Positions 15,972 to 29,737 of a DNA stretch of 64,000 nucleotides are shown here, one piece after another. Each line of letters starts with the position of its first letter. Within the stretch, counting starts at the first letter, position 1. The notes beneath the pieces are model-generated. The model did not search any database and was not told where the DNA came from. It worked only from the letters and a program-made list of their open reading frames with translations. The translations under genes and the position numbers were made by a program. The stretch lies in assembly GCF_056746865.1 (NCBI RefSeq), contig NZ_CM163382.1; one strand, 5' to 3'.

Positions 15972-18545
15972 TTACTGGACGGCGACAATCCGGTCTTCAT
16001 TAACTTCCAGGCGAATAACTTTACCCGGAACCAATTCACCAGACAGTATTTGCTGTGCCAGCGGGTTTTCGATCTGCTGCTGGATAGCACGTTTCAGAGG
16101 ACGTGCACCATAGACCGGATCGTAACCGTTCTCGCTCAGCAGTTTCAGCGCCTCGTCAGAAATGTGGATTTCATAACCACGTTCTTCCAGACGTTTGTAC
16201 AGACGTTTCAACTGAATCTGCGCAATCGACGCAATGTGCTGTTCACCCAGCGGATGGAAGACCACCACTTCATCGATACGGTTAATGAATTCCGGACGGA
16301 AGTTATGGCTTACCACACCGAGCACCAGCTCTTTCATGTGCGCATAATCCAGTTCACCGAAGCGTTCCTGAATCAAATCGGAACCGAGGTTAGAGGTCAT
16401 AATGACAACCGTATTACGGAAGTCGACCGTTCTCCCCTGCCCGTCAGTCAGACGCCCATCATCCAGTACCTGCAACAGAATGTTGAAGACATCCGGATGC
16501 GCTTTTTCCACTTCATCCAGCAGGATGACGGAATACGGACGACGACGCACCGCTTCGGTCAGGTAGCCACCTTCTTCATAACCGACATATCCCGGAGGCG
16601 CACCAACCAGACGAGACACCGAGTGTTTCTCCATAAACTCGGACATATCGATACGGACCATCGCCTCGTCGCTATCAAACATAAAGTTCGCCAGCGCCTT
16701 ACAAAGCTCAGTTTTCCCCACACCCGTTGGGCCGAGGAACAGGAATGAACCAATCGGGCGATTCGGGTCAGCAAGCCCTGCGCGGCTACGACGAATAGCG
16801 TTAGATACCGCATCAACCGCTTCGTTCTGACCAATAACGCGATGGTGCAGCTCTTGCTCCATACGCAGCAGTTTTTCGCGCTCGCTTTCCATCATGCGAG
16901 AAACCGGAATCCCCGTCCAACGCGCCAGCACTTCAGCAATTTCGGCATCGGTCACTTTATTACGCAACAGACGCATAGTTTTGCCTTCGAGCTGCGTTGC
17001 GGCTTCCAGTTGCTTTTCCAGTTCCGGGATTTTGCCGTATTGCAGTTCAGACATCCGCGCCAGGTCACCCACACGGCGAGCCTGTTCAATAGCGATTTTC
17101 GCCTGTTCCAGTTCCGCTTTAATGGTCTGTGTACCAGAAAGCGATGCTTTCTCTGCTTTCCACTCTTCTTCTAACTCGGAGTACTGACGTTCTTTGTCGC
17201 TCAGTTCTTCGTTGAGCATATCCAGGCGTTTTTTACTGGCTTCATCAGACTCTTTCATTAACGCCTGTTGTTCCAGTTTAAGCTGGATGATACGACGATC
17301 GAGTCGGTCGAGTTCTTCTGGTTTTGAGTCGATCTGCATACGAATGCTGGATGCTGCTTCATCGATCAGGTCGATGGCTTTATCCGGCAGCTGACGGTCA
17401 GCAATGTAGCGATGAGACAACGTCGCCGCTGCAACAATTGCCGGGTCAGTAATTTGCACATGGTGGTGCAATTCGTAACGTTCTTTCAGGCCACGCAGAA
17501 TCGCAATGGTATCTTCAACAGAAGGCTCGGCAACAAACACTTTCTGGAAACGACGTTCCAGCGCAGCATCTTTTTCGATGTACTGGCGATATTCGTCAAG
17601 CGTCGTGGCACCTACGCAGTGCAATTCACCACGCGCCAGCGCCGGTTTCAGCATGTTTCCGGCGTCCATTGCGCCATCGGCTTTACCCGCGCCGACCATG
17701 GTATGTAATTCGTCGATAAACAGGATGACGTTGCCTTCCTGTTTGGCAAGATCGTTAAGCACGCCTTTTAAACGTTCTTCAAACTCACCGCGATATTTCG
17801 CCCCAGCCACCAGCGCGCCCATATCCAGCGCCAGTACGCGGCGGCCTTTCAACCCTTCCGGCACTTCGCCGTTGATAATACGCTGCGCCAGACCTTCAAC
17901 GATGGCAGTTTTACCGACGCCGGGTTCACCAATCAGTACTGGGTTATTTTTAGTACGACGTTGCAGCACCTGAATGGTACGGCGAATTTCTTCATCACGA
18001 CCAATCACCGGATCGAGTTTGCCCTGTTCGGCTCGTTCGGTAAGGTCGATGGTATATTTTTTCAAAGCCTGACGTTGGTCTTCAGCACCTTGATCGTTCA
18101 CGCTTTCACCTCCACGCATTTGTTCAATCGCTTGAGTAATGTTGGCGGTGGTCGCCCCTGCTGCTTTCAGGATGTCGGCCAGCGTGCCGCGAGACTCAAG
18201 TGCCGCCAGAACGAACAGTTCTGACGAGATAAAGTTATCACCACGTTTTTGCGCCAGCTTGTCGCAAAGATTAAGAACGCGCACCAGATCCTGTGATGGC
18301 TGGACATCACCACCAGTACCTTCAACCTGCGGTAAACGATTTAATGCCTGATTGATATCTGTGCGCAACTGGCCAGCATTTATGCCAGCGGATGTTAATA
18401 AAGGACTAACCGAACCCCCTTCCTGATTCAGCAGGGCGCTCATTAAATGAAGTGGTTCGATGAATTGGTTGTCGTGCCCGAGTGCAAGTGATTGGGCATC
18501 GGCAAGAGCAAGCTGGAATTTATTAGTAAGACGATCCAGACGCAT
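15972..18545 (-). CDS. clpB: ATP-dependent disaggregase chaperone ClpB (Hsp100)
   Basis: ORF 15972..18557; two AAA+ modules with Walker A GEPGVGKT and GPTGVGKT; start set at [10 protein letters not shown]. Confidence 0.96.
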
Positions 18546-18674
18546 AACTCCTCCCATAACGGATCAAAGTTGCTACTGGAGATTAAATGAGGTCATCCCT
18601 CAATTATTCAAGGTTATTGACCAGATTAATGTGAAAAGAAAATCACGCGTACCGGATCGTCTTGATTCTTTAGG

Positions 18675-19406
18675 TTATATCAGCCAAATGAAACTTGCCA
18701 TACGACCGGTGGTCTTGTCGCGACGATAAGAGAAGAAAGTCTCATTTTCCGTATATGTACAACGGTCGCCGCCGAAAATTTGTTCAACACCAACGCTCGC
18801 CAGACGCTGCCGGGCAAGCTGATAAATGTCCACCAGATACTTATCACCATGCTGAATGAAAGCTGTACTCGCTTCGGCGTCTACTGCCATAAACGCCTCG
18901 CGAACCTCCGCCCCCACTTCAAACGCGCGTGGACCAATTGCCGGCCCTAACCAGGCGAGAATATTTTCTGGATTATCAGCAAAACAGGAAACTGTCTCTT
19001 CCAACACGCCTGCGCACAGTCCACGCCAGCCAGCATGAGCGGCGGCGACTTCCGTTCCCGCTCGATTGCAAAACAGCACAGGGAGGCAGTCGGCAGTCAT
19101 CACTGCGCAAACCGTGCCGGGCGTATTGCTATAAGAGGCATCTGCTCGTTTTGAGGCATAAGGTTCGCCAGTAAGCTTAAGCACATCTTTGCCGTGTACC
19201 TGCTCAAGCCAGACCGGTTTAGAAGGCAAATTGCCCGCAGCAAAAAGTCGCTTGCGATTCTCCTCAACGTGAACCGGGTTATCGCCACAATGAGCACCGA
19301 GGTTGAGCGAGTCATACGGGGGCAAGCTCACGCCGCCGATACGAGTAGAGCTACAGGCCGCAACACCTTTTGGCAGCGGCCACTGCGGGACAATCAGCTT
19401 ACTCAT
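18675..19406 (-). CDS. yfiH: YfiH/PgeF-family purine nucleoside phosphorylase / peptidoglycan editing factor
   Basis: 243-aa ORF, K-12 synteny between clpB and rluD. Confidence 0.88.
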   Translation of the reverse strand: MSKLIVPQWPLPKGVAACSSTRIGGVSLPPYDSLNLGAHCGDNPVHVEENRKRLFAAGNLPSKPVWLEQVHGKDVLKLTGEPYASKRADASYSNTPGTVCAVMTADCLPVLFCNRAGTEVAAAHAGWRGLCAGVLEETVSCFADNPENILAWLGPAIGPRAFEVGAEVREAFMAVDAEASTAFIQHGDKYLVDIYQLARQRLASVGVEQIFGGDRCTYTENETFFSYRRDKTTGRMASFIWLI

Positions 19407-20383
19407 AACCAGTCCACTTCATCCTTATGCTCTTCGAAATCGGCGCGCATCACCTCAATCAGCTCCACCATATCTTGTGGAATAGGCGCATGCCATTCCA
19501 TTTCGATGCCGGAGATCGGGTGATAAAGACGCAGCATGGTTGCATGAAGCGCCTGGCGGTCAAACTTACGCAGCGTGGAGATAAACGCTTCCGAAGCACC
19601 TTTTGGAGGACGCGGACGGCCACCATAAATCGGATCGCCCACCAGCGGATGAGTGATATGGGCCATATGCACGCGGATCTGGTGCGTACGTCCAGTTTCC
19701 AGACGCAACCGCAGACGCGTGTGCACACGGAAGTGTTCCATGATGCGATAGTGAGTCACCGCTGGTTTGCCCATCGGATGCACCGCCATGTGAGTACGTT
19801 TGGTCGGGTGGCGACTGATTGGCTCATCCACCGTACCGCCAGCGGTCATATGACCAATTGCGACAGCTTCATACTCACGAGTAATTTCACGCCGTTGCAA
19901 AGATTCGACTAAACGCGTCTGAGCCGGAACGGTTTTTGCCACAACCATCAGGCCAGTGGTGTCTTTATCCAGACGATGGACGATGCCCGCACGCGGTACA
20001 TCGGCAATGGGCGGATAGTAATGAAGCAACGCATTCAGTACCGTGCCATCCGGGTTACCCGCGCCAGGATGTACCACCAGGTCGCGTGGTTTATTAATGA
20101 CGATGATATCTTCATCTTCATAGACGATATCCAGCGGGATATCCTGCGGTTCAAAACGCGCTTCTTCTTCAATCTCAGCGTTGATGGCCACCTGCTCGCC
20201 ACCCAATACTTTTTCTTTCGGCTTATCACAAACTTTGCCGTTAACCAGCACGCGCTGGTCGAGGATCCATTCTTTTATCCGCGAACGTGAATAATCCGGG
20301 AACATTTCGGCCAAAGCCTGATCTAAGCGTTGACCGAGTTGGTTTTCGGACACCGTTGCAGTGAGCTGTACTCGTTGTGCCAT
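19403..20383 (-). CDS. rluD: 23S rRNA pseudouridine synthase RluD
   Basis: 326-aa ORF with S4 domain N-terminus and HRLDKDTTGL catalytic motif. Confidence 0.93.
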   Translation of the reverse strand: MAQRVQLTATVSENQLGQRLDQALAEMFPDYSRSRIKEWILDQRVLVNGKVCDKPKEKVLGGEQVAINAEIEEEARFEPQDIPLDIVYEDEDIIVINKPRDLVVHPGAGNPDGTVLNALLHYYPPIADVPRAGIVHRLDKDTTGLMVVAKTVPAQTRLVESLQRREITREYEAVAIGHMTAGGTVDEPISRHPTKRTHMAVHPMGKPAVTHYRIMEHFRVHTRLRLRLETGRTHQIRVHMAHITHPLVGDPIYGGRPRPPKGASEAFISTLRKFDRQALHATMLRLYHPISGIEMEWHAPIPQDMVELIEVMRADFEEHKDEVDWL

Positions 20384-20517
20384 ATATACTGCTTCTTCGT
20401 TTATCGTTGGGGTTTTACGGCTTTGCCGTTTAATATAGTGTGCTATTGTAGCTGGTCTTAACCGGGAGCAGGAACAGAGAATCTCCCGTATTACATTTTG
20501 AGGAAAGTCAAAACGTC

Positions 20518-21255
20518 ATGACGCGCATGAAATATCTGGTGGCAGCCGCCACACTAAGCCTGTTTTTGGCGGGTTGCTCGGGGTCAAAGGAAGAAGTACC
20601 TGATAACCCGCCAAATGAAATTTACGCGACTGCACAACAAAAGCTGCAGGACGGTAACTGGAGACAGGCAATAACGCAACTGGAAGCGTTAGATAATCGC
20701 TATCCGTTTGGTCCGTATTCGCAGCAGGTGCAGCTGGATCTCATCTACGCCTACTATAAAAACGCCGATTTGCCGTTAGCACAGGCTGCCATCGATCGTT
20801 TTATTCGCCTTAATCCGACCCATCCGAATATCGATTATGTCATGTACATGCGTGGCCTGACCAATATGGCGCTCGATGACAGTGCACTGCAAGGGTTCTT
20901 TGGCGTTGACCGTAGCGATCGCGATCCTCAACATGCACGAGCTGCGTTTAGTGACTTTTCCAAACTGGTGCGCGGCTATCCGAACAGTCAGTACACCACC
21001 GATGCCACCAAACGTCTGGTATTCCTGAAAGATCGTCTGGCGAAATATGAATACTCCGTTGCCGAGTACTATACAGAACGTGGTGCATGGGTTGCCGTCG
21101 TTAACCGCGTAGAAGGCATGTTGCGCGACTACCCGGATACCCAGGCTACGCGTGATGCGCTGCCGCTGATGGAAAATGCATACCGTCAGATGCAGATGAA
21201 TGCGCAAGCTGAAAAAGTAGCGAAAATCATCGCTGCAAACAGCAGCAATACATAA
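20518..21255 (+). CDS. bamD: outer membrane protein assembly factor BamD (YfiO)
   Basis: 245-aa lipoprotein (LFLAGCSG lipobox), TPR-like. Confidence 0.93.
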
Positions 21256-21275
21256 CAAAAACCTGAAACACAAAA

Positions 21276-21303
21276 CGGCAGCCCTTGAGCTGCCGTTTTT
21301 TTA
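21276..21303 (+). terminator. bamD intrinsic terminator
   Basis: acggcagcccttgagctgccgt hairpin followed by T-run. Confidence 0.75.
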
Positions 21304-21471
21304 TTCTGTTAGTTGTGAAACTGAAGCGATTTAGTCACTATCGATCTCATCAAATATGGCTCGCTTTGAGATATTCCTCAAGTAAAAAAACACCTCTTCC
21401 TGCGATTTCTCACAAAAAAGATTCGTTGACAAAAAGTGACAAAATTATGAGATTTCCATCACACATTTTGA

Positions 21472-21867
<396 letters not shown>

Positions 21868-21890
21868 TCCTTTATATTGAGTGTATCGCC

Positions 21891-21914
21891 AACGCGCCTT
21901 CGGGCGCGTTTTTT
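21891..21914 (+). terminator. raiA intrinsic terminator
   Basis: aacgcgccttcgggcgcgtt hairpin plus T6. Confidence 0.75.
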
Positions 21915-21970
21915 GTTGACAGCGTGAAAACAGTACGGGTACTGTACTGAAGTCACTTAAGGAAACAAAC

Positions 21971-22018
21971 ATGAAACACACACCGTTTTTCTTCGCATTC
22001 TTTTTTACCTTCCCCTGA
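21971..22018 (+). CDS. pheL: pheA leader peptide (15 aa, Phe-rich)
   Basis: atg aaa cac aca ccg ttt ttc ttc gca ttc ttt ttt acc ttc ccc tga read directly; 7 Phe codons. Confidence 0.92.
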   Translation: MKHTPFFFAFFFTFP

Positions 22019-22064
22019 ATGGGAGGCGTTTCGTCGTGTGAAACAGAATGCGAAGACGAACAAT

Positions 22065-22094
22065 AAGGCCTCCCAAATCGGGGGGCCTTTTTTA
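22065..22094 (+). promoter_or_regulatory. pheA attenuator terminator hairpin
   Basis: aaggcctcccaaatcggggggcctttttt between pheL and pheA. Confidence 0.85.
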
Positions 22095-22116
22095 TTGATA
22101 ACAAAAAGGCAACACT

Positions 22117-23277
22117 ATGACATCGGAAAATCCATTACTGGCGCTGCGAGAGAAAATCAGCGCGCTGGATGAAAAATTATTAGCATTACTCGCAGAGCGG
22201 CGCGAACTGGCCGTCGAGGTGGGAAAAGCCAAACTGCTCTCGCATCGCCCGGTACGTGATATTGATCGTGAACGCGATTTACTGGAAAGATTAATTACGC
22301 TCGGTAAAGCGCACCATCTGGACGCCCATTACATTACTCGCCTGTTCCAGCTCATCATTGAAGATTCCGTATTAACTCAGCAGGCTTTGCTCCAGCAACA
22401 TCTCAATAAAATTAATCCACACTCTGCCCGCATTGCTTTTCTCGGCCCCAAAGGCTCCTATTCACATCTTGCCGCTCGTCAGTACGCTGCCCGTCACTTT
22501 GAGCAATTCATTGAAAGTGGCTGCGCCAAATTTGCCGATATTTTTAATCAGGTGGAAACCGGCCAGGCCGACTATGCCGTCGTACCGATTGAAAATACCA
22601 GCTCCGGTGCCATAAATGACGTTTACGATCTGCTGCAACATACCAGTTTGTCGATTGTTGGCGAGATGACGTTAACTATCGACCATTGTTTGTTGGTCTC
22701 CGGCACTACTGATTTATCCACCATCAATACGGTCTACAGCCATCCGCAGCCATTCCAGCAATGCAGCAAATTCCTTAATCGTTATCCGCACTGGAAGATT
22801 GAATATACCGAAAGTACGTCTGCGGCAATGGAAAAGGTTGCACAGGCAAAATCACCGCATGTTGCTGCGTTGGGAAGCGAAGCTGGCGGCACTTTGTACG
22901 GTTTGCAGGTACTGGAGCGTATTGAAGCGAATCAGCGACAAAACTTCACCCGATTTGTGGTGTTGGCACGTAAAGCCATTAACGTGTCTGACCAGGTTCC
23001 AGCGAAAACGACGTTGTTAATGGCGACCGGGCAACAAGCTGGTGCGCTGGTTGAAGCGTTGCTGGTACTGCGCAACCACAATCTGATTATGACCCGTCTG
23101 GAGTCACGCCCGATTCACGGTAATCCATGGGAAGAGATGTTTTATCTGGATATTCAGGCCAATCTTGAATCAGCGGAAATGCAAAAAGCATTGAAAGAGT
23201 TAGGGGACATCACCCGTTCGATGAAGGTATTGGGCTGTTACCCAAGTGAGAACGTAGTGCCTGTTGATCCAACCTGA
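22117..23277 (+). CDS. pheA: bifunctional chorismate mutase / prephenate dehydratase
   Basis: 386-aa ORF, K-12 synteny and size. Confidence 0.95.
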   Translation: MTSENPLLALREKISALDEKLLALLAERRELAVEVGKAKLLSHRPVRDIDRERDLLERLITLGKAHHLDAHYITRLFQLIIEDSVLTQQALLQQHLNKINPHSARIAFLGPKGSYSHLAARQYAARHFEQFIESGCAKFADIFNQVETGQADYAVVPIENTSSGAINDVYDLLQHTSLSIVGEMTLTIDHCLLVSGTTDLSTINTVYSHPQPFQQCSKFLNRYPHWKIEYTESTSAAMEKVAQAKSPHVAALGSEAGGTLYGLQVLERIEANQRQNFTRFVVLARKAINVSDQVPAKTTLLMATGQQAGALVEALLVLRNHNLIMTRLESRPIHGNPWEEMFYLDIQANLESAEMQKALKELGDITRSMKVLGCYPSENVVPVDPT

Positions 23278-23284
23278 TGAAAAG

Positions 23285-23312
23285 GTGCCGGATGATGTGA
23301 ATCACCCGGCAC
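23285..23312. terminator. hairpin between convergent pheA and tyrA
   Basis: gtgccggatgatgtgaatcacccggcac inverted repeat. Confidence 0.65.
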
Positions 23313-23319
23313 TGGATTA

Positions 23320-24441
23320 TTAGTGGCGGTTGTCATTCGCCTGACGCAATAACACGCGGCTTTCACTCTGAAAACGCTGTGCGTAATCGCCGAACCAGTG
23401 CTCCACCTTGCGGAAACTGTCAATAAACGCCTGCTTATCGCCCTGCTCCAGCAACTCAATCGCCTCGCCGAAACGCTTATAGTAACGTTTGATTAACGCC
23501 AGATTACGCTCTGACGACATAATAATGTCGGCATAAAGCTGCGGATCCTGAGCAAACAGTCGCCCAACCATCGCCAGTTCAAGGCGGTAAATCGGCGAAG
23601 AGAGCGCCAGAAGTTGCTCAAGCTGAACATTTTCTTCTGCCAGGTGCAGCCCATAAGCAAAAGTAGCAAAGTGGCGCAGAGCCTGAATAAACGCCATATT
23701 CTGATCGTGCTCGACAGCGCTAATACGATGCAGCCGAGCGCCCCAGACCTGAATTTGCTCCAGAAACCATTGGTATGCTTCCGGCTTACGTCCATCACAC
23801 CAGACCACAACTTGCTTTGCCAGGCTACCGCTGTCCGGACCGAACATCGGGTGTAGCCCCAGCACCGGACCATCATGCGCCGCCAGCATGGCCTGTAATG
23901 GCCCATTTTTCACTGATGCCAGATCGACCAGAATACAATCTTTCGGTAAAGGCGGTAATTTGCCGATAACTTGCTCAGTAACGTGGATTGGCACACTAAC
24001 AATCACCATTCCGGCATCGGCAACAATTTCAGCCGCTCGATCCCAGTCATGTTGCTCCAGAATCCGCACCTGATAACCCGAGAGTGTCAGCATCTTCTCG
24101 AACAGGCGTCCCATCTGACCGCCACCGCCGACGATAACCACCGGACGCAGTGACGGACAAAGTGTTTTAAATCCTTTGTCGTTTTCACTGGAGTAAGATT
24201 CACGCATCACCCGACGCAAAACATCCTCAATCAGATCTGGCGGTACACCCAGAGCTTCCGCCTCTGCACGACGCGAGGCCAACATAGATGCCTCGCGCTC
24301 CGGAACATAAATAGGCAGTCCAAAGCGGCTTTTCACCTCGCCCACTTCAGCAACCAGTTCCAGACGCTTCGCTAATAAATTCAGCAGCGCTTTATCGACT
24401 TCATCAATTTGATCGCGTAATGCGGTCAACTCAGCAACCAT
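23320..24441 (-). CDS. tyrA: bifunctional chorismate mutase / prephenate dehydrogenase
   Basis: 373-aa ORF, K-12 synteny. Confidence 0.95.
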   Translation of the reverse strand: MVAELTALRDQIDEVDKALLNLLAKRLELVAEVGEVKSRFGLPIYVPEREASMLASRRAEAEALGVPPDLIEDVLRRVMRESYSSENDKGFKTLCPSLRPVVIVGGGGQMGRLFEKMLTLSGYQVRILEQHDWDRAAEIVADAGMVIVSVPIHVTEQVIGKLPPLPKDCILVDLASVKNGPLQAMLAAHDGPVLGLHPMFGPDSGSLAKQVVVWCDGRKPEAYQWFLEQIQVWGARLHRISAVEHDQNMAFIQALRHFATFAYGLHLAEENVQLEQLLALSSPIYRLELAMVGRLFAQDPQLYADIIMSSERNLALIKRYYKRFGEAIELLEQGDKQAFIDSFRKVEHWFGDYAQRFQSESRVLLRQANDNRH

Positions 24442-24451
24442 AATAAACCTC

Positions 24452-25522
24452 TTAAGCCACGCGCGCCGTCAGCTGCCCGTTGAGATCATGATGGATCTCA
24501 CGCAGTAAGGCATCGGTCATTTCCCAGCTAATGCAGGCATCGGTTACAGACACGCCGTATTTCATTTCGCTACGCGGCTGTTCGGAAGACTGATTACCTT
24601 CGTGGATATTACTTTCAATCATCAGACCAATAATGGAGCGATTACCATCTTTGATCTGAGCAACCACGGACTCTGCCACCGCAGGCTGACGGCGATAATC
24701 TTTATTGGAATTACCGTGGCTGCAATCTACCATCAGAGACGGGCGCAGTCCCGCCTGTTCCATCTCTTTTTCACATTGCGCAACATCCGCAGGGCTATAG
24801 TTCGGCGCTTTACCACCGCGCAGGATCACATGCCCGTCCGGATTCCCCTGAGTTTGTAGCAACGCAACCTGCCCTGCCTGGTTAATGCCAACAAAACGGT
24901 GCGGCTGGGCGGCGGCACGCATAGCGTTAATTGCCGTTGCAAGGCTGCCGTCGGTGCCGTTTTTAAAACCAACCGGCATGGAAAGCCCGGAGGCCATTTC
25001 ACGGTGAGTTTGCGATTCCGTTGTACGAGCACCAATTGCTGACCAGCTAAACAGATCGCCCAGGTATTGCGGGCTATTTGGATCTAACGCTTCCGTCGCC
25101 AGTGGCAGTCCCATATTCACCAGCTCAAGCAGCAATTTACGCGCGATCTGCAGCCCGGCTTCTACATCAAAAGAGCCATCCATATGGGGATCGTTAATTA
25201 ACCCTTTCCAGCCGACAGTGGTACGGGGTTTTTCAAAATAGACGCGCATTACCAGATAGAGGCTATCGCTGACCTCTGCGGCAAGGGCTTTAAATCGACG
25301 AGCATATTCCAGAGCAGTTTCCGGATCATGAATGGAACAAGGACCACATACTACCAACAGACGAGGATCGCGCCCGGCGATAATATCTGAAATGGTTTTA
25401 CGCGAGTCAGCAATCTGGGCTTCTTGTTGCAGGCTTAATGGAAAAGCGGCCTTCAGTTGTTCCGGAGTCATTAAAACCTGTTCGTCGGTAATATGTACGT
25501 TATTCAGCGCGTCTTTTTGCAT
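24452..25522 (-). CDS. aroF: DAHP synthase, Tyr-sensitive
   Basis: ORF 24452..25591; start set at [11 protein letters not shown] (356 aa). Confidence 0.93.
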   Translation of the reverse strand: MQKDALNNVHITDEQVLMTPEQLKAAFPLSLQQEAQIADSRKTISDIIAGRDPRLLVVCGPCSIHDPETALEYARRFKALAAEVSDSLYLVMRVYFEKPRTTVGWKGLINDPHMDGSFDVEAGLQIARKLLLELVNMGLPLATEALDPNSPQYLGDLFSWSAIGARTTESQTHREMASGLSMPVGFKNGTDGSLATAINAMRAAAQPHRFVGINQAGQVALLQTQGNPDGHVILRGGKAPNYSPADVAQCEKEMEQAGLRPSLMVDCSHGNSNKDYRRQPAVAESVVAQIKDGNRSIIGLMIESNIHEGNQSSEQPRSEMKYGVSVTDACISWEMTDALLREIHHDLNGQLTARVA

Positions 25523-25730
25523 GATGGCGATCCTGTTTATGCTCGTTTGCGATAGTTGATCCTCAGCGAGGATGACGTAACGATAACACATAAAGTAAAG
25601 TTTTCAATCCATATTTCGTACATTTTTCTTTACAGGAACAATTTACTCGCGCTTTTGATGCTTATTTTGTACAAATAAATTTACACCTCCTTTAAAAACA
25701 ATCCGCTATGCTTTGAAAAAGGAGAAAGAA

Positions 25731-26096
25731 ATGATGAAAAAGTTTATCGCCCCCTTGTTGGCTTTACTGGTTAGCGGATGTCAGATTGATCCTTATACTC
25801 ACGCGCCAACCTTGACCAGCACCGACTGGTATGATGTCGGTATGGAAGATGCGATATCGGGCAGCGCCATAAAAGATGACGATGCATTTAGCGATTCACA
25901 GGCGGATCGCGGTCTATACCTTAAAGGATATGCCGAAGGACAAAAGAAAACTTGCCAGACCGATTTTACTTATGCCCGAGGACTTTCTGGTAAAAGCTTT
26001 CCTGCCAGCTGCAATAATGTTGAAAATGCCAGCCAACTGCATGAAGTATGGCGAAAAGGGGCTGATGAAAATGCCAGCACAATACGATTAAATTAA
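25731..26096 (+). CDS. yfiL: lipoprotein YfiL
   Basis: ORF 25713..26096 with lipobox LLVSGCQ; start approximate. Confidence 0.75.
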   Translation: MMKKFIAPLLALLVSGCQIDPYTHAPTLTSTDWYDVGMEDAISGSAIKDDDAFSDSQADRGLYLKGYAEGQKKTCQTDFTYARGLSGKSFPASCNNVENASQLHEVWRKGADENASTIRLN

Positions 26097-26242
26097 TTAC
26101 CCCCCAAATAAATTAAGCATGAGATTTTACTCATTATGTTTTATTTCTCACATTGATGACGACTGCATGAAAAAATGATATTTTAATGAGCATTCTGAAA
26201 AAATATCGATGCATTTCGAGCGAAGATGGTGAGGATCCCTGA

Positions 26243-26761
26243 ATGCGTTTTTCTCACCGACTGTTCTTACTGCTGATTCTCCTGCTGACGGGAGCACCAA
26301 TACTCGCTCAGGAACCTTCTGACGTTGCGAAAAACGTGCGTATGATGGTTTCCGGTATTGTCAGTTACACCCGCTGGCCTGCGCTATCAGGGCCACCAAA
26401 GTTATGTATCTTTTCATCTTCACGTTTTAGTACCGCCCTACAAGAGAATGCCGCGACATCTTTGCCTTATCTGCCTGTCATCATTCACACTCAACAAGAG
26501 GCGATGATTTCAGGCTGCAATGGTTTTTATTTTGGCAACGAGTCACCGACATTCCAGATGGAATTAACCGAACAATATCCGTCAAAGGCGTTATTATTAA
26601 TTGCCGAACAAAATACCGATTGCATTATTGGTAGCGCCTTTTGTCTGATCATCCACAATAATGACGTCAGATTTGCCGTAAACCTGGATGCCTTATCGCG
26701 TAGCGGTGTAAAGGTCAACCCGGATGTCTTAATGCTCGCACGGAAGAAAAATGATGGATAA
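26243..26761 (+). CDS. yfiR: periplasmic repressor of DgcN, YfiR
   Basis: 172-aa ORF with signal peptide; overlaps dgcN start as in K-12. Confidence 0.88.
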   Translation: MRFSHRLFLLLILLLTGAPILAQEPSDVAKNVRMMVSGIVSYTRWPALSGPPKLCIFSSSRFSTALQENAATSLPYLPVIIHTQQEAMISGCNGFYFGNESPTFQMELTEQYPSKALLLIAEQNTDCIIGSAFCLIIHNNDVRFAVNLDALSRSGVKVNPDVLMLARKKNDG

Positions 26762-27977
26762 CGATAATTCTCTTAATAAGCGCCCCACGTTTAAAAGAGC
26801 ATTACGCAACATCAGTATGACCAGCATATTTATCACTATGATGCTGATCTGGTTGCTGCTTTCAGTGACCTCGGTGCTGACCCTGAAACAGTACGCGCAA
26901 AAAAACCTGGCACTGACAGCAGCAACAATGACTTACAGTCTGGAAGCAGCGGTCGTTTTTGCCGATGGCCCTGCAGCAACTGAAACACTGGCGGCGCTGG
27001 GGCAGCAAGGGCAATTTTCAACTGCAGAAGTGCGTGATAAGCAGCAAAATATTCTGGCATCCTGGCATTACACCCGTAAGGATCCAGGCGATACTTTCAG
27101 TAATTTCATAAGCCACTGGCTCTTCCCTGCCCCCATCGTTCAGCCGATTCGTCACAATGGTGAAACCATTGGCGAAGTTCGCTTAACCGCTCGCGACAGT
27201 TCAATCAGCCATTTCATCTGGTTTTCGCTCGCTGTCCTGACCGCCTGCATTCTGCTGGCATCAGGCATCGCAATTACCCTCACCCGCCATTTGCACAATG
27301 GTCTGGTTGAAGCGTTAAAAAACATCACCGATGTCGTACATGATGTGCGTTCCAACCGCAATTTTTCCCGACGAGTTTCGGAAGAACGTATCGCAGAGTT
27401 TCACCGCTTCGCTCTCGACTTCAACAGTCTGCTGGATGAAATGGAAGAGTGGCAGCTTCGTTTACAGGCCAAAAATGCGCAGCTTCTGCGTACCGCGCTA
27501 CATGACCCATTAACCGGGCTGGCTAACCGCGCAGCGTTTCGTAGCGGTATCAATACGTTGATGAACAATTCCGATGCCCGAAAAACGTCGGCGTTACTAT
27601 TTCTTGATGGCGATAATTTCAAATATATCAATGATACCTGGGGTCATGCGACGGGCGATCGTGTCTTGATTGAGGTAGCAAAACGGTTAGCTGAATTTGG
27701 CGGGCTGCGACATAAAGCATACCGCCTGGGCGGCGATGAATTCGCGATGGTGCTCTATGATGTACAGTCGGAATCTGAAGTGCAGCAGATATGCTCAGCA
27801 CTGACACAAATCTTTAATCTCCCGTTTGATCTTCATAATGGCCATCAGACCACCATGACATTAAGCATTGGTTACGCGATGACCATTGAGCACGCCTCTG
27901 CGGAAAAATTACAAGAGCTTGCCGATCACAATATGTATCAGGCCAAACACCAGCGTGCCGAAAAGCTGGTGAGATAA
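26751..27977 (+). CDS. dgcN: membrane diguanylate cyclase DgcN (YfiN), GGDEF domain
   Basis: 408-aa ORF with TM segments, HAMP-like region and RLGGDEF motif. Confidence 0.92.
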   Translation: MMDNDNSLNKRPTFKRALRNISMTSIFITMMLIWLLLSVTSVLTLKQYAQKNLALTAATMTYSLEAAVVFADGPAATETLAALGQQGQFSTAEVRDKQQNILASWHYTRKDPGDTFSNFISHWLFPAPIVQPIRHNGETIGEVRLTARDSSISHFIWFSLAVLTACILLASGIAITLTRHLHNGLVEALKNITDVVHDVRSNRNFSRRVSEERIAEFHRFALDFNSLLDEMEEWQLRLQAKNAQLLRTALHDPLTGLANRAAFRSGINTLMNNSDARKTSALLFLDGDNFKYINDTWGHATGDRVLIEVAKRLAEFGGLRHKAYRLGGDEFAMVLYDVQSESEVQQICSALTQIFNLPFDLHNGHQTTMTLSIGYAMTIEHASAEKLQELADHNMYQAKHQRAEKLVR

Positions 27978-27992
27978 CAAGGATATATCGAT

Positions 27993-28475
27993 ATGATAAA
28001 GCACCTGGTAGCACCCCTGATTTTCACCTCACTAATACTGACTGGCTGCCAGTCCCCTCAGGGAAAGTTTACTCCTGAGCAAGTCGCCGCTATGCAATCT
28101 TATGGATTTACTGAATCCGCCGGCGACTGGTCGCTGGGCTTATCAGATGCCATTCTGTTCGCAAAAAATGACTACAAATTGCTCCCGGAAAGCCAGCAAC
28201 AGATCCAAACCATGGCAGCCAAATTGGCCTCGACAGGGCTAACACATGCCCGTATGGATGGACACACCGATAACTATGGTGAAGACAGTTACAACGAAGG
28301 CTTATCATTGAAACGGGCGAATGTCGTGGCCGATGCATGGGCTATTGGTGGACAAATTCCACGCAGCAATCTCACCACACAGGGTTTAGGAAAAAAATAT
28401 CCCATAGCCAGTAACAAGACCGCCCAGGGCCGCGCCGAGAACCGCCGCGTCGCAGTGGTGATTACAACCCCTTAA
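27993..28475 (+). CDS. yfiB: OmpA-family lipoprotein YfiB
   Basis: 160-aa ORF, lipobox LTGCQ, OmpA-like C-terminus. Confidence 0.9.
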   Translation: MIKHLVAPLIFTSLILTGCQSPQGKFTPEQVAAMQSYGFTESAGDWSLGLSDAILFAKNDYKLLPESQQQIQTMAAKLASTGLTHARMDGHTDNYGEDSYNEGLSLKRANVVADAWAIGGQIPRSNLTTQGLGKKYPIASNKTAQGRAENRRVAVVITTP

Positions 28476-28550
28476 AACACGAGCAAACAGATAAAAAAGG
28501 GCCAGCCAATTGGCCAGCCCTTCTTAACAGGATGTCGCTTAAGCGAAACC

Positions 28551-28901
<351 letters not shown>

Positions 28902-28939
28902 TTAATCTCTTATCCTGGGTAAACTGATATCTCGGGGGC

Positions 28940-29707
28940 TTACGCCATCCCATCATGTTTATGTTGCTGTTGTGCGTGTTCCGTTTTGAACTCCGCCAGC
29001 AACCTTGCTTGCTCTTCAGTCAGAGCCAGGTTTTCCAGAAGTTCAGGTCTTCTAAGCCAGGTACGGCCCAGCGACTGTTTCAAACGCCAGCGACGTATCT
29101 CGGCATGGTTGCCCGACAGTAACACTGGCGGAACTTCCATCCCTTCTAACACCTCAGGCCGCGTATAGTGCGGGCAATCCAGCAATCCTTCAGCAAAGGA
29201 ATCTTCCGTTGCTGAGGCTTCATGTCCCAGTACTCCCGGAATAAACCGGGAAACGGAGTCAATCAGCGTCATTGCTGGTAACTCACCACCACTGAGAACG
29301 TAATCGCCGATTGACCATTCTTCGTCAATTTCGGTTTGGATCACGCGCTCATCTATACCTTCGTAGCGACCGCACACCAGAATCAATTTTTGATTCGTTG
29401 CCAGTTCGCTGACGCCCGCTTGATCAAGCTTGCGTCCCTGTGGTGAAAGATAAATCACCTTTGCGCCTTCACCCGCCGCGGCTTTTGCTGCATGAATGGC
29501 GTCCCGCAAGGGTTGCACCATCATTAACATCCCCGGTCCGCCGCCGTAAGGACGATCGTCCACGGTACGGTGCCGGTCATGCGTGAAGTCGCGAGGACTC
29601 CAGCTCTGGATGCTCAGCAGGCCATTTTTAACTGCCCGGCCAGTTACCCCGTAATCGGTAATTGCGCGGAACATTTCAGGAAACAGGCTAATTATGCCAA
29701 TCCACAT
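28940..29707 (-). CDS. trmD: tRNA (guanine37-N1)-methyltransferase
   Basis: 255-aa ORF, SPOUT fold, synteny in rpsP-rimM-trmD-rplS operon. Confidence 0.96.
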
Positions 29708-29737
29708 AGCGCCGTCTTTTACCGTTTATCCGGTGGT

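Noticed and set aside
16050-18351. Plus-strand ORFs up to 232 aa
   Set aside because: They are antisense to the well-supported clpB gene, with no independent signals.
28488-28520. Palindrome gggccagccaattggccagccc after yfiB as a terminator
   Set aside because: The central gccaattggc is self-complementary but the flanks do not form a clean stem and T-run; left unannotated.
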